A stretch of 64,000 nucleotides of DNA from an uncultured Candidatus Rokubacteria bacterium (GCA_963708025.1 CAVPSB010000030.1:1-64000), one strand, 5' to 3'. Positions 1 to 11,436 are shown, counted from the first letter of the stretch. Notes: a model not told the origin generated them from the sequence alone. Numbers and translations: made by a program.

Positions 1-1125
1 CGACGCCGATCGACTCCGCCGACCCCGAGGTGCCGGCCACGATCGACGTCGGCGTACGACAGGCCGGCCCGGGCCAGCATCTCGATCTCGTGGACGAACT
101 CGCCGGGCGCGTACCAGCCCCAGGGCGAGTCGGAGCCGGCCGTCATCCGCACCCCGGCCTCGACCATCCGCGCGACCCCCTCGACGCGGGCGTCGAACGC
201 CCGCTACTGCCACTCGAGCTGCTCGGCCAGCTCGGCGGTGAGCCGCCCCTCGCGCTCCCGCGCCGCCCGTTGCCGCTCGATGCCGGCCTTCATCCCGTAG
301 AGCGTGGGGTTCACCCAGGCGCCCGGCCGCGACCAGCCGCTCCACCAGGTCCGGGCGGTAGCGGTAGGTGCCGTCCGCCTCGTTGAAGACGCAGTGGATG
401 ATCATGTCCACGCCGGCGTCGAGGCAGTTCTGGACGCCGGCGGCCGCGGTGCAGTGGGCGGCGGTGAGCGTGCCGTGCCGGTGGGCCTCGTCGGTCATCG
501 CCGCCAGCTCGGCCACGGTGTAGGAGGCGCGGTTCGGGTCCGACGTCCGGGTCGAGCCCCCGGTGGCCACGATCTTGATGTAGTCGGCGCCCTCCTTCAG
601 GAGCTTCCGCACCTCGGCCCGCACCGCGTCCACCCCGTCGGCCTCGGAGCCGAAGTACCCCATGTGGCCGCCGGTGATCGTGATCGGGCGGCCGCAGATC
701 ACCAGGCGGGGGCCGGGCGCCAGCCCGCGCCGGATGCCCTCGCGCAGCGAGAAGGCGACCCGACCCTTGGCCCCGTTTTCGCGAAGCGTCGTCACCCCGG
801 CGTGGAGGAGGGTCCGCGCGTTCCGGGCCGCCTGGAGGAGGAGGACCTGGTCGTCCTCCCGGGCCACGTCGTCCCCCGGCGTGCCGTCGCCGGGGGCGAC
901 CAGGTGGGTGTGGGCATCCACCAGCCCGGGCAGGATCGTCGCGTCGCCGTAGTCCACCCGATCGACGGCCGCTCCCTCCGGGGCGCGAACCGCGTCGCGG
1001 GGCCCCAGGCCGCGCACCGCCGCGCCGTCCAGCAGGAGAGCGGCGTTCTCGACCGGCTCGCGGCGCACCCCGTCCAGCAGGCGGGCCGCAGTCAGCAGCG
1101 TGAACCGCGTAGGACCCTCGGGCAT
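1..1125 (-). CDS. Metal-dependent amidohydrolase (prolidase/imidazolonepropionase-like); runs off the left edge; probable frameshift near 320
   Basis: Not in the ORF track. Manual translation from ATG 1125 (GGAGG upstream) gives MPEGPTRFTLLTAARLLDG...ILPGLVDAHTHL...GVTTLRE...GADYIKIVATGG...AAHC...IIHC, with the HxH and K/H/H amidohydrolase metal ligands. Confidence 0.85.
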   Translation of the reverse strand, partial: MPEGPTRFTLLTAARLLDGVRREPVENAALLLDGAAVRGLGPRDAVRAPEGAAVDRVDYGDATILPGLVDAHTHLVAPGDGTPGDDVAREDDQVLLLQAARNARTLLHAGVTTLRENGAKGRVAFSLREGIRRGLAPGPRLVICGRPITITGGHMGYFGSEADGVDAVRAEVRKLLKEGADYIKIVATGGSTRTSDPNRASYTVAELAAMTDEAHRHGTLTAAHCTAAAGVQNCLDAGVDMIIHCVFNEADGTYRYRPDLVERLVAAGRLGEPHALRDEGRHRAATGGAGARGAAHRRAGRAARVAVAGVRRPRRGGRADGRGRGADDGRLRLALGLVRARRVRPRDRDAGPGRPVVRRRRSWPAPRGRRSRSAS

Positions 1126-1197
1126 CCCTCCACCTCCCTCGCCGCGAACGGCAAGGCCGATGCTAGTGACCCGACGGGACCCCGTCAAGACGGCTCG

Positions 1198-2022
1198 CTA
1201 CCCCTTGACCGACCCCCGGGTCAGCCCCGTCACCAGATATCGCTGCAGGCACAGGTACAGCGCGAGCGCCGGCAGGGACATGAGGATCCCGCCGGCCATG
1301 AGGGTGTTCCACTGGAAGAAGTACTCCTGCTGATAGGCCAGCAGGCCGAGCCCGATGGTGAACTTCGCCGGCGTGGACAGGATCGCCAGCGCGAACATGA
1401 AGTCGTTCCAGGCGGTGATGAAGGCGAACAGGGCCGTCGCCACGATCCCGGGCGCCGCCAGGGGCAGGGCGATGCGGGCCATGGCGCCGACCCGGCTGCA
1501 CCCGTCCACCATGGCGGCCTCCTCCAGGTCGGGGGGGATCGTGTCGAAGAAGCCCTTCAGGAGCCAGGTGCACAGGGGGATGGCGAAGGTCATGTAGACG
1601 ATGCCGAGCCCGAGGTGCGTGTCCAGCAGGCGCAGCCCCTTGAGATGGACGTACAGGGGCAGGAGCAGGACGACTCCGGGCAGCATCTGCCCCACCAGGA
1701 TGGCGTACATCAGGCCCTGGCGTCCGGGGAACCGGAACCGCGAGAAGCTGTAGCCGGCCAGGGCCGACAGCGCCGTGGCCAGGAGCGTCACCGACACCGT
1801 CACCTTGACGCTGTTCCCGTACCAGGCGGGGAACGAGAGGCTCGGATCCGGCGAGGCGAGCACCTCGCCATAGGCGCCCAGGCCGTACTTCGAGGGCAGC
1901 AGGCGGAAGTACGGATCTCCGCTGAAGGACGCCAGCGCCATCCACGCCAGGGGAAAGACCGAGATCGCGACGTACGCGAGCACGGTGGTTCCGAGCAGGA
2001 GCGGCCGCCGGCGCCGGATCAC
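1198..2022 (-). CDS. Carbohydrate ABC transporter permease (MalG-like)
   Basis: EAA motif LEEAAMVDGCSR, AWNDFMFA, six hydrophobic segments. Confidence 0.92.
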   Translation of the reverse strand: MIRRRRPLLLGTTVLAYVAISVFPLAWMALASFSGDPYFRLLPSKYGLGAYGEVLASPDPSLSFPAWYGNSVKVTVSVTLLATALSALAGYSFSRFRFPGRQGLMYAILVGQMLPGVVLLLPLYVHLKGLRLLDTHLGLGIVYMTFAIPLCTWLLKGFFDTIPPDLEEAAMVDGCSRVGAMARIALPLAAPGIVATALFAFITAWNDFMFALAILSTPAKFTIGLGLLAYQQEYFFQWNTLMAGGILMSLPALALYLCLQRYLVTGLTRGSVKG

Positions 2023-2032
2023 GTCCGCGTCC

Positions 2033-2909
2033 TCACTCGAGGGCTCGCGTCGACTTCAGGTACAGGGCACCGAACAGCAACGAGAAGATCAGGAGGGCCA
2101 CGCCGGCGGCCGAGGACTCCCCGAACCGGAAGGCCTCGAAGGCGGCCTTGTAGGCGTTGATGACGATGAGCTCGGTCGCATTGCTCGGCCCGCCCTGGGT
2201 CATGACCCACACGATGGCGAAGTCGTTGATGTGCCACACGGTGAGGATGAGCGCCGTGACGAGGCTGACCGGCTTGAGCAGCGGGAGCGTGACGTGCCGG
2301 AATCGCCGCCAGGCGGATGCCCCGTCCACGGTGGCCGCCTCGTACAGCTCGTCGGGAATCGCCGACAGGCCGGCCAGGCACATCACCTGGACGAACGGGA
2401 CGACCTTGAACGCTCTCACGAAGATCACGGCCGGGAGCGCGGTCTGGGCCTGGCCGAGCCAGGCGACCGTCCCCCGGGCGAGCCCGAGGGCCATCATGAG
2501 GTGGTTGACGATGCCGTCGTAGTACAGCATGACGACCCAGGCCAGGGCCCACGGCACCACCGGCATCGCGAACGGGATCAGCGTCAGCGTCCGGGCCACC
2601 GCCCGCCCCCGGAACTGCTCGTTGAGGAGCAGCGCCGCCCCGAGGCCCCCCGTCATCTCGATGAGGACGCACGCCACCACGAAGACCCCGGTGACGTGCA
2701 GGGCGTTCCAGGTCAGGGGGCTTCCGAAGACGGCGCGGTAGTTGGCCAGGCCCACGAACGGGTGCGCGCTCCCCGCCTGACCTCTGGGCGAGCAGGTACC
2801 AGTCCGTGACGCTCATGACCACGACGTTGAACACGGGCAGGAGCAGGGTACCCGCCACGATCGTGAGCGCGGGGAGGACCAGGATGTAGGGAAGCCAGCG
2901 GGGCTTCAG
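2033..2909 (-). CDS. Carbohydrate ABC transporter permease (MalF-like), frameshift near 2760
   Basis: N-part (KPRWLPYILVLPALT...) in ORF 2019..3071; C-part in ORF 2033..2755 with ELYEAATVDGAS, TQGGPSNATE; apparent CTG start behind GGAGGG. Confidence 0.85.
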
Positions 2910-3033
2910 GGACCCTCCGCCCTTCCTGCCGCCCGGCGGAAGCGCGGCGGCCGTGTCGGCCCGGACGCCCGGACCGGCGCGGTCGAGGAGCCCCGGCCGG
3001 CACCGGGCCGGCGGGGCGCCTCCGGACCACGCG

Positions 3034-4344
3034 CTACTTCCGCATGATCTCGGCGATCTCCTCCTGGGCACGGCCGAGCACCGCCTTGGGGGGCTGGCCC
3101 TCGACGAGGATCTTCTGGAAGGCGGTATCGCCGAAGCGCGAGTAGACTTCCCGCTTCTTGAGGTTGCTCTGCCGGGGGATGTGCGCGTAGTACTTGGCGT
3201 GGAAGTCGAAGAACTCCACGACGTGCCTGTACTTGACCGGGTCCAGGGTCTTCACGACGTCCTTCCGGATCGGCATCTGGCCGCCCTCGGCCAGGATGGT
3301 CTGCCCTTCCCGGCTCCCGAAGAACTTCATGAACTCCAACGCCGCCGGCAGCTTCTCCGGCGGGATCTCGTTCCGGATGCCGAAGGACTGCCACCCGATG
3401 TTGACCCCGGGCTTCCACGTCTTCCCCTGCCAGTTGACGCTCATCTTCCTCAGCCACCCGATGTTCTGGAACTCGTCCGGCTTGAGCATCCGGAACCCCT
3501 CGATCATCCCCAGGTGCACGAACACGATAGCGGCCTTCTTCGTCAGCAGGAGGTCGGTGGCGGCCTTCTCGCTCGTCCAGACCCCCGGGACGACGACCTT
3601 GTGCTTGTGCACCGCGTCGGCCAGGAGCTCCATGGCATGGACGCTGGCGGAGCTGTTCACCGAGACGCGCTCCGCCGTGTAGGGACCCTGATCGCTCGGG
3701 AAGAAGCCGCCGCCGATGCTCCAGGCCAGCTGCTCCCAGTGGAGGATGTCGTACGTATCGCGGCCGTTGGTGAGCCCGAGCCCGTACTGGTCGATCCGCC
3801 CGTCCTTGTCCCGATCGATGGTCAGCTTCTTGGCCGCCTCGATCAGGTCGTCCCAGGTCTGCAGGTCCTCGGCCCGGATCCCGGCCTCCTTGAAGGCCGG
3901 CTTCCAGTACGCGTATCCCCAGCTCGCGCCGCCGACGGGCAGGGCGGAGATCTTCCCGTCCACCATGAAGTCCGCCATCATGGCCTTGTCGAAGGCGTCG
4001 CCGCCGAGATACCCCCACTGGTCGAGGTGACTGTCCAGGGGCATGAAGCCCTTGCCCACCTTCGCATGGGAATAGAAGGTCATCGCCACGGACTCGCAGA
4101 TGTCGGGGGCGTTCCCGGCCGCCATCTCGGTGAGGATCTTGGCGTGGTACTCGGCCAGGGGATAGCCGTAGGCATTGATCTTGATGCCGGGGTGGCTCCG
4201 CTCGAAGGTCTTGATCAGGGTCTGGTACGGGCCCTTCAGGTTGGCCCTGAACAGGAGCTCCGACGCGACGTTCAGCGTCACGTCGGCCCGGGCCTCCGTC
4301 CCGACCAGGAGTAGCACCGTCAGGGCCACGCCGAGCCGCTTCAT
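3034..4344 (-). CDS. Sugar-type ABC substrate-binding protein (family 1)
   Basis: Signal peptide MKRLGVALTVLLLVGTEARA; AAGNAPDI, TWDDLIEAAKKLT motifs; upstream of two permeases. Confidence 0.9.
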   Translation of the reverse strand: MKRLGVALTVLLLVGTEARADVTLNVASELLFRANLKGPYQTLIKTFERSHPGIKINAYGYPLAEYHAKILTEMAAGNAPDICESVAMTFYSHAKVGKGFMPLDSHLDQWGYLGGDAFDKAMMADFMVDGKISALPVGGASWGYAYWKPAFKEAGIRAEDLQTWDDLIEAAKKLTIDRDKDGRIDQYGLGLTNGRDTYDILHWEQLAWSIGGGFFPSDQGPYTAERVSVNSSASVHAMELLADAVHKHKVVVPGVWTSEKAATDLLLTKKAAIVFVHLGMIEGFRMLKPDEFQNIGWLRKMSVNWQGKTWKPGVNIGWQSFGIRNEIPPEKLPAALEFMKFFGSREGQTILAEGGQMPIRKDVVKTLDPVKYRHVVEFFDFHAKYYAHIPRQSNLKKREVYSRFGDTAFQKILVEGQPPKAVLGRAQEEIAEIMRK

Positions 4345-4626
4345 GATGTCGTCTCCTCTCCAGGATGGCGGGGCGGGACGTTCTCGCGTCGTCATCCCGT
4401 CGCGATCGCGCCCTTCTGGATGCGGACCGGCACAAGCCTAACCGCCCGGCTCCCGGGTGTCAATTCAGCCCAGCCCACCGCGCCGGCCTTTGAGTGGGCT
4501 TGCGTCCCACCGGCCGCTGGGATGTCATAGGGCCACGTCGTGGACCGCGAGTCGTTCATGCGCCGGCGGCGCGCCCGGGGCCTTGCGCGCGGACCGGACC
4601 ACCAGCACCAGAGGAGGAGGGCCGAG

Positions 4627-6917
4627 GTGAGAACGTATCCGGAGGGCACGCCGTTCACCGGGGTGATCGGGCGCACGGTCGGCGAGTCGGTGGCCGCGTG
4701 GCCGGTCTCCCCCCGGGCGAGCAGCGGGGCGCCGAACGTCGTGTTCGTGCTGCTCGACGACGTCGGCTTCGCGCAGTTCGGGTGCTTCGGCGCCGACATC
4801 CGCACGCCGACGTTCGATCGGCTGGCCGCCGGCGGCCTGCGGTACCGGGACTTCCACACGACCGCCATCTGCTCGCCCACCCGGGCCTGCCTCCTCACCG
4901 GACGCAATCACCACTCCAACGGCGTCGGCATCATCCAGGAGATGGCGACCGGGTTCCCCGGCTACAACGGGCGGGTGCCGCGCGAGAACGGCTTCCTCTC
5001 GGAGATGCTCCTGGCGTGCGGCTATGCGACGTTCGCCGTCGGCAAGTGGCACCTCGCCCTGGCGAGCGAGTACGCGTCGGGCGCGCCCAAGGCCCGCTGG
5101 CCGCTCGCCCGCGGCTTCGAGCGCTACTACGGGTTCCTCGGCGGCAAGACCAACCAGTGGTCCCCCACCCTGGTCCACGACAACCACTACATCGATCCGC
5201 CGCGCACACCGGAGGAGGGCTACCACCTCAACGCCGACCTGGCCGACCGGGCGATCGAGTTCGTCACCGACCTGCGCGCAGTGGGGCCGGACCGCCCGTT
5301 CTTCCTCTACTTCTGCCCGGGCGCCGGACACGCGCCGCACCACGTGGAGCGGGAGTGGATCGAGCGGTACCGGGGCCAGTTCGACCAGGGCTGGGACCGC
5401 TGGCGCGAGGAGGTCTTCGCCCGCCAGCTCGCGTCGGGCGTCGTCCCGCAGGGAACCAGGCTCTCGCCGCGGCCCCCCTGGGTGCCCGCCTGGGATGACC
5501 TCTCCGCCGACGCCCGGCGGCTCTACGCCCGGCAGCAGGAGGTGTACGCGGCCTTCCTCGAGCAGACGGACCACCACATCGGCCGCGTGTTCGACTTCCT
5601 GGCCCAGCTCGGCGAGCTGGACAACACCCTCGTCTTCGTGGCCTCCGACAACGGCGCCAGCGCCGAGGGCGGCGTCCACGGCTCGTTCAACGAGCTCCAG
5701 TTCCCGAACCGCGTGGAGGCGACGATCGAGCAGAACCTGGCCCGACTCGACGAGTGGGGCAGCGTGCGCTCGTACCCGAACTACTCCTGGGGCTGGGCCT
5801 GGGCCGGGAACACGCCCCTGCGCCGCTGGAAGCGCTACCTCCACCAGGGCGGCATGAGCGATCCGCTGATCGTGCACTGGCCGCGGGGCATCCGGGCCCG
5901 CGGCGAGGTGCGCGGGCAGTACGTCCACGTGATCGACGTCGTGCCGACGGTGCTGGAGGCCCTCGGGCTCGAGCCGCCCGCGATGCTCAACGGCGTCCCG
6001 CAGCGCCCCCTGGAGGGCGTGAGCTTCCGGCACACGTTCGACGACGGCGCCGCGCCCACGCGGAAGACGGTCCAGTACTACGAGATGATCGGGTCCCGGG
6101 CCCTCTGGAGCGACGGGTGGAAGGCGGTCGTGGAGCAGCCGCAGGGGGAGTCGCTGACCGAGGAGACCCTCGCCCGCCAGCGCTGGGAGCTCTATCACGT
6201 GGCCGAGGACTTCTCCGAGTGCGAGGACCTCGCGGCGCGGCACCCGGACAAGCTCGCCGAGCTGGTGGAGCGCTGGTGGGTGGAGGCCGGGAAGTACGAC
6301 GTCCTGCCGCTCGACGCCCGGATGCAGGCGCGCATGGCCGAGCGGAAGGCGACGCCGACCCCGGCGGAGACCCGCCACGTGTACTACCCGGGCGGCGCGC
6401 CGCGTCTTCGAGTACGCGCGCGGTCAACCTCAAGAACCGCTCGCACGCCATCACCGCCGAGGTCGAGATCCCCGCCGGCGGCGCCGAGGGCGTCCTCCTC
6501 GCCCACGGCAGCTGGTTCGCCGGCTACAGCCTGTACGTGAAGAACCGGCGCCTCCACTACGTCCACAACTACCTCGGGCTCGCGGAGTACCGGATCAGCG
6601 CGACCGAGGACATCCCCTCGGGGGCGGTGCGCCTCCAGTTCCGGTTCACGCGCACCGGGGAGCACCGCGGCATCGGGTCCCTCCACGTCGGCGACCGCCA
6701 GGTCGGCGCCGGCGAGATTCCCCACATGGTGCCGGCCGTGATCGAGACTTCCGGCGAAGGGCTCTGCTGCGGCTACGACAGCGGCCTGCCGGTCACCGAG
6801 GACTACCGGGCCCCCTTCCGCTTCACCGGTCGCATCGCGAGGGTCGTCGTCGAGGTGGACGGAGCGGAGCCCATCGACGCCGAAGCAGAGGCGCGCTCGG
6901 CGATGATCGAGCAGTGA
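4627..6917 (+). CDS. Arylsulfatase (AtsA-like), frameshift near 6405
   Basis: PNVVFVLLDDVG, CSPTRACLLTGR (CxPxR formylglycine motif), GKWHL, SDNGAS; C-terminal part continues in ORF 5754..6917; GGAGG RBS before GTG 4627. Confidence 0.92.
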
Positions 6918-7081
6918 CCTGGGAGGATCCCCCTCTCGAGCCGCGGTCCGCCGGCGCCGGGCTCACGCCGTTGACGCCTCTTTCCCGGCCGTGTCAGTAT
7001 GCGGCCGGCTGGCCACCGGCGCGGTGTCGCGCCCGGGCCCGCCGAGACGACCACGGGCCGGGACGTCCGAGGGAGGTCACG

Positions 7082-8133
7082 ATGACGATCCGAATCCTGC
7101 GGGTGCTGGCCGCCGCCCTCCTGATCCTCGCCGCGCGGCCGGCGCCGGCGGCCGATCCCATCGACATCAAGATCGGCGCCGGGCACGGCCAGCGACCACG
7201 CGCCGGGGTTCGTGGCCGTCGAGCGCGGCATCTTCGCCAAGCACGGGCTCAACGCGAAGATCATCATGTACGCGACCGGCGTCGAGATGATCAACGCGCT
7301 CATGGCCGGCGCAGCAGGACGTGAACCTGATGGGGTCCATCCCGTTCCTGGCCGCCACCTCGAACGGCGTGCCGCTGGTGCTGATCGCCCACCTCCACGG
7401 CAACCCGCTCCGGGACGACTACAGCACCGGGCACACGATCGTGGCCGGCCCGGGCACCGGCGTCGGGAAGGGCGAGATCAAGGCGCTCAAGGGGAAGCGG
7501 GTCGGGCTGCCCCGCGGCACCGGCGCCGAGGGCTACCTGCTGGGGCACCTCCGCTCGAACGGGATGGCCGCCGACGACGTCCGGATGGTGAACCTCAAGC
7601 CGGCCGACCTCCCGACCGCGCTGGCCCGCAAGGACGTGGACGCCATCGCGGTCTGGGAGCCCTGGCCGAGCACCGCGCATCGTGAACGTGCCCGGCTCGG
7701 TGCGCGTCGTCGACGGGGGCTGCCCGACGCTGCTACATCCCGGCGGCCATCCTCACGAACAGGGACACGGTCGCCAAGAAGGCCGAGGCCCTGCGGCGGT
7801 TCATGGTCGCCTTCGCCGAGGCCCAGCAGTGGGTGCGGCAGAACCACGACGGCGCCGCCGAGATCGCCATGCGCTGGATCCCCGGGATCGACCTGGCCGT
7901 GATGAAGGAGGCGATCCGCCAGGCCGGCTACGACCACCGGATCTCGAAGCTACACGGTCGAGGGCTACGTCAAGAAGACGATCCCCACCCTGGTGGCCGG
8001 CGGCCAGATCAAGCAGCCGTTCGATCCCTCGCCCTTCATCGACCCCCAGTTCTACCTCTACGCGGAGAAGAGCTTCCCGCAGTTCTACGCCGACCTGCCG
8101 AGGATCCCGGCGAGCATCCAGGTCCAGCCGTGA
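7082..8133 (+). CDS. NitT/TauT/SsuA-family ABC substrate-binding protein, several frameshifts
   Basis: Signal peptide MTIRILRVLAAALLILAARPAPA; pieces AVERGIFAKHGL, LKGKRVGLPRGT, VDAIAVWEPW, FMVAFAEAQQWV spread over successive frames. Confidence 0.8.
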
Positions 8134-8972
8134 TGCCGCCCGGCCCGGAACCCGCCGCCGGCGGTTCGACGGCGGCGCCGGCGGCGAGCCGGGCCAAGAT
8201 CGCGATGCGCGACCTGACGGTCGACTACGTCAACGAGGACCGCGGCGAGCGCCACCGGGCCATCGAGTCGCTCACGCTCGACGTCCGCGAGAACGAGTTC
8301 CTGTGCGTCGTCGGGCCGAGCGGGTGCGGCAAGTCGACCCTGATCGCGGCGATCGCCGGCTTCCTCCGGCCGGCGGCGGGCGAGCTCCTGATGGACGGCC
8401 GCCGCATCACGGGGCCGGGCGCCGACCGCGGCGTCGTCTTCCAGGAGTACGCGCTGCTGCCATGGAAGACCGTCATCGACAACGTGGCGCTGGGGCTCAA
8501 GCTCCGCGGGGTGCCGCGCGCCGAGCGGCACGAGACCGCCCGCCGGTTCCTGCGGCTCACGAACCTGGACGACGCCGCCGCCAAGTACCCCCACGAGCTC
8601 TCGGGCGGCATGAAGCAGCGGGTGGCGGTGGCCCGCACGCTGGCCAACCAGCCCGAGGTCATGCTGATGGACGAGCCGTTCGCCGCCATCGACGCCCAGA
8701 CCCGCATGACCCTGCAGGAGGAGCTCCTGCGGATCTGGGAGCGCTCGCAGGTGACGGTGCTCTTCGTGACGCACAGCGTGGAGGAGGCGGTCTTCCTGGC
8801 CGACCGGGTCGCCGTCCTCACCCCGGGACCGGGCCGACTCCGGGCGCTGCTGGACGTGGGGATCCCGCGCCAGGACCGGAGCTGGACCCGGCTCCACGGC
8901 GATCCCGGCTACGTGGCACTGCGAGACCGCGTGCTCCACCTGGTGCGCCCGGACACGACCGGCACCCGGTGA
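8133..8972 (+). CDS. NitT/TauT ABC transporter ATP-binding protein
   Basis: Walker [25 protein letters not shown]-type Walker B, VTH switch. Confidence 0.93.
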   Translation: MPPGPEPAAGGSTAAPAASRAKIAMRDLTVDYVNEDRGERHRAIESLTLDVRENEFLCVVGPSGCGKSTLIAAIAGFLRPAAGELLMDGRRITGPGADRGVVFQEYALLPWKTVIDNVALGLKLRGVPRAERHETARRFLRLTNLDDAAAKYPHELSGGMKQRVAVARTLANQPEVMLMDEPFAAIDAQTRMTLQEELLRIWERSQVTVLFVTHSVEEAVFLADRVAVLTPGPGRLRALLDVGIPRQDRSWTRLHGDPGYVALRDRVLHLVRPDTTGTR

Positions 8973-9307
8973 CCGCCGCCGGGCTCCGCCGCCTCCTCCA
9001 CCAGCGCCCGGTCCAGGTCACCGCACTCCTGGTGGCGGCGTGGCTCGCGTATCAGGCCGCGACCGCGTGGACGGGGTCGGCCAAGCTCCGCGCCGCCGGG
9101 CTGGCCGGGGTGGAGCAGCGCGTCCACGTCGAGCTTCAGCTCGGCTTCGCGCCGGAGCCGTTCCACGTGGCCATCTTCCAGGACGCCGGCCGGCTCATCC
9201 GGGTCGACGGCCCACGCGTCTACCTGATGGACGTGCCACCCCACCACCTCCGCGACCTCGCCTCGCGCTACTGGGTGAAGGCCGTGCGGCCGTGGGGCGG
9301 CACCTGA
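8969..9307 (+). CDS. Small membrane-anchored hypothetical protein inside the ABC operon
   Basis: GTGA and CTGA overlaps with both neighbours; one hydrophobic helix followed by HVELQLGFAPEPFHVAIFQDAGR...RYWVKAV. Confidence 0.7.
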   Translation: MTAAGLRRLLHQRPVQVTALLVAAWLAYQAATAWTGSAKLRAAGLAGVEQRVHVELQLGFAPEPFHVAIFQDAGRLIRVDGPRVYLMDVPPHHLRDLASRYWVKAVRPWGGT

Positions 9308-10869
9308 CCATCCCGTTGCGCCCCGGCCGCCTCCTGAAGGGTACGGTCGGGCTGCTGGGCATTCTCGTCCTCTGGCAGCTCTCGGTCCCGCTGGTCGGGC
9401 TCTCCGAGTACTTCTACCCCTCGCCCTGGCGCGTCGGCCGGGCCTTCGTGGACCTCGTCCAGAAGGGGATCCTGCCCGTCTACGTGGGGGACAGCCTCGT
9501 CCGCTACTGCGGGAGCGTGGCGATCGGCACGCTGCTCGGCGTGAGCCTCGGCGTGGCCGTCGGCCTCAGCCGGTGGCTCGCCCGCCTGCTGGGGCCGTTC
9601 GTGAACTTCCTCTACGCCATCGTCGAGGCCGCCTGGATCCCGCTGTTCGTGGTCTGGTGGGGCTACGGGATCAAGGTCATCGTGGTGCTCCTCGTCTACA
9701 TCGTGTTCTTCCCGATGTTCTACAACACGATGGTGGGGGTGCGGACGGTGCCCCAGGTCTACGTCAACGCCGTCCGCGCCCTCGGCGCCCGCCGCCACCA
9801 GGTGATCGCCGAGGTCATCGTGCCGGCCGCGCTCCCGAGCATCCTCACCGGCTTCCGCGTCGGGGCGGGCTTCGCCTTCCGGGGGCTCATCTTCGCCGAG
9901 ATGCTGGCGGCCAAGACCGGCGTCGGCTACCTCATCTACGAGGGCGTGTCGAACCAGGACACCGCACGGACGATCGTCGGAATGCTCTGCACGGGGGCCC
10001 TGTGGCTGGCCATCGACCACGCGTACCTCAAGCCCTTCGAGCGGGCGACGATCGAGCGATGGGGCGTGGTCGTGACCCCCGGGGACTTGCCGGTGACGCC
10101 GGGCGGGCGGCGGTGGGGGCGGGCGGTCGGCGTCCTGCCGTTCCTGGTGGTCGGAGCCGCCTGGCTGCTGATCCCGGTGCTGCTCCAGTACCCGCGCTAC
10201 ATGCTGCCGCCGGCCGGCGACGTCTGGGTGCACCTGCTCCGGAGCCTCGGCGACGGGACGCTCCTCCGGCACGTCGGCGACAGCCTGTTCCGCCTGGCCG
10301 CCGGATTCGCAGCCGGCAACCTCCTGGCCATCCCGCTGGGGATCGCCATCGCCCTCCACCGGGACGTCGCCGACATCGTCCGGCCCGTGCTGACGTTCCT
10401 CCAGTCGATCGCCGGGATCGCGTGGATCCCGCTGGCCATCGTGTGGTTCGGGATCGGCAACGGCGCGGTCGTGTTCGTCATCGCCAACATCGTGTTCTTC
10501 AGCGTGATCTACAACACGGTGATCGGGGTCCAGACCATCCCGCTGGCCCTCCGGCGGGCGGTCCTGAGCCACGGGGGCCGGGGGTGGCAGGTCTTCACCG
10601 AGCTCCTGCTGCCCGGCGCCCTCGTCCAGATCATCCTCGGGCTCCGGACGTCGGTGGCCCTCGGGTGGCGGGCGCTGGTGGCGTCCGAGATGCTGGCCGG
10701 CGCCAGCGGGCTCGGCTACATGACGGTGGAGGCCGTGCAGTGGTACAAGACCGAGGTGGTCCTGCTGGGGATGATCCTCATCGGGATCCTGTGGCTCGTG
10801 CTCGACCGGCTGCTCTTCGTCCCCCTCGAGCGCGCCACCGTGGTGCGCTGGGGCATCGTCCAGCGCTAA
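9304..10869 (+). CDS. Two NitT/TauT ABC permease domains read as one ORF (boundary near 10093; probably two genes)
   Basis: Two complete permease units, each with AWIPL..VW.G.G and AEMLA..G.GY motifs. Confidence 0.85.
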   Translation: MTIPLRPGRLLKGTVGLLGILVLWQLSVPLVGLSEYFYPSPWRVGRAFVDLVQKGILPVYVGDSLVRYCGSVAIGTLLGVSLGVAVGLSRWLARLLGPFVNFLYAIVEAAWIPLFVVWWGYGIKVIVVLLVYIVFFPMFYNTMVGVRTVPQVYVNAVRALGARRHQVIAEVIVPAALPSILTGFRVGAGFAFRGLIFAEMLAAKTGVGYLIYEGVSNQDTARTIVGMLCTGALWLAIDHAYLKPFERATIERWGVVVTPGDLPVTPGGRRWGRAVGVLPFLVVGAAWLLIPVLLQYPRYMLPPAGDVWVHLLRSLGDGTLLRHVGDSLFRLAAGFAAGNLLAIPLGIAIALHRDVADIVRPVLTFLQSIAGIAWIPLAIVWFGIGNGAVVFVIANIVFFSVIYNTVIGVQTIPLALRRAVLSHGGRGWQVFTELLLPGALVQIILGLRTSVALGWRALVASEMLAGASGLGYMTVEAVQWYKTEVVLLGMILIGILWLVLDRLLFVPLERATVVRWGIVQR

Positions 10870-10958
10870 CTTGGTCGCTTCGGGGCTATCGGACGGGCAA
10901 GAACCTACTTGAATAACCTGACCGGGCTTGCGATGCTGCCCCCGAAGGGGGAAATGGA

Positions 10959-11195
10959 ATGGAAGTCTACAACGACCGGGTGTTCGAGAACACGATGGTC
11001 ATGCTGGACGACTCCGCGTTCCACCGATGTCGATTTGTCGCGTGCCAGTTACTTTATGGCGGTGGAGACCTGATCCTATCGGAGAGTCAAATTGAGAACT
11101 GTACTGTCCAGTTCTACGGCCCGGCATCACGGACGGTGAACATACTCCCGGCGCTTGGGTGGTCGTATTCACCTCCGCACGAGAGGCTTCGATGA
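10959..11195 (+). CDS. Small hypothetical protein (78 aa)
   Basis: Purine-rich RBS upstream; protein-like sequence in a lower-GC stretch. Confidence 0.55.
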   Translation: MEVYNDRVFENTMVMLDDSAFHRCRFVACQLLYGGGDLILSESQIENCTVQFYGPASRTVNILPALGWSYSPPHERLR

Positions 11196-11436
11196 AGAGC
11201 GTGCTCCGATCGGCCAGCGAGAGCAGTTTCTGAATGAGGTCGTGGTCCGCCAGATGACCGGAGGAATGTTCCGCAAGCAAGAGTTCAACGGCGCCTGCGA
11301 TCTCTTGCGCCTCCGGCTCACTATCGCGATGCATGTTCCATGAATTCTCTGAAAACCAATCATCGAATTGATCCAGAGTCAGAGGTCCCCACAGGAATTC
11401 TGCGATCTTCGCCCGAAGCTCGGCGGCTTTGATCAT
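10999..11436 (-). CDS. Hypothetical acidic helical protein (immunity-like pattern); 3' end overlaps the neighbouring ORF
   Basis: MIKAAELRAKIAEFLWGPLTLDQFDDWFSENSWNMH...VELLLAEHSSGHL; the first ~80 aa look protein-like. Confidence 0.45.
   Translation of the reverse strand: MIKAAELRAKIAEFLWGPLTLDQFDDWFSENSWNMHRDSEPEAQEIAGAVELLLAEHSSGHLADHDLIQKLLSLADRSTLFIEASRAEVNTTTQAPGVCSPSVMPGRRTGQYSSQFDSPIGSGLHRHKVTGTRQIDIGGTRSRPA

Noticed and set aside
9304-10869. Novel fused double permease
   Set aside because: Removing one C from the run at ~10076-10080 ends the first permease at a GTGA overlap (10093-10096), so an indel artefact is more likely
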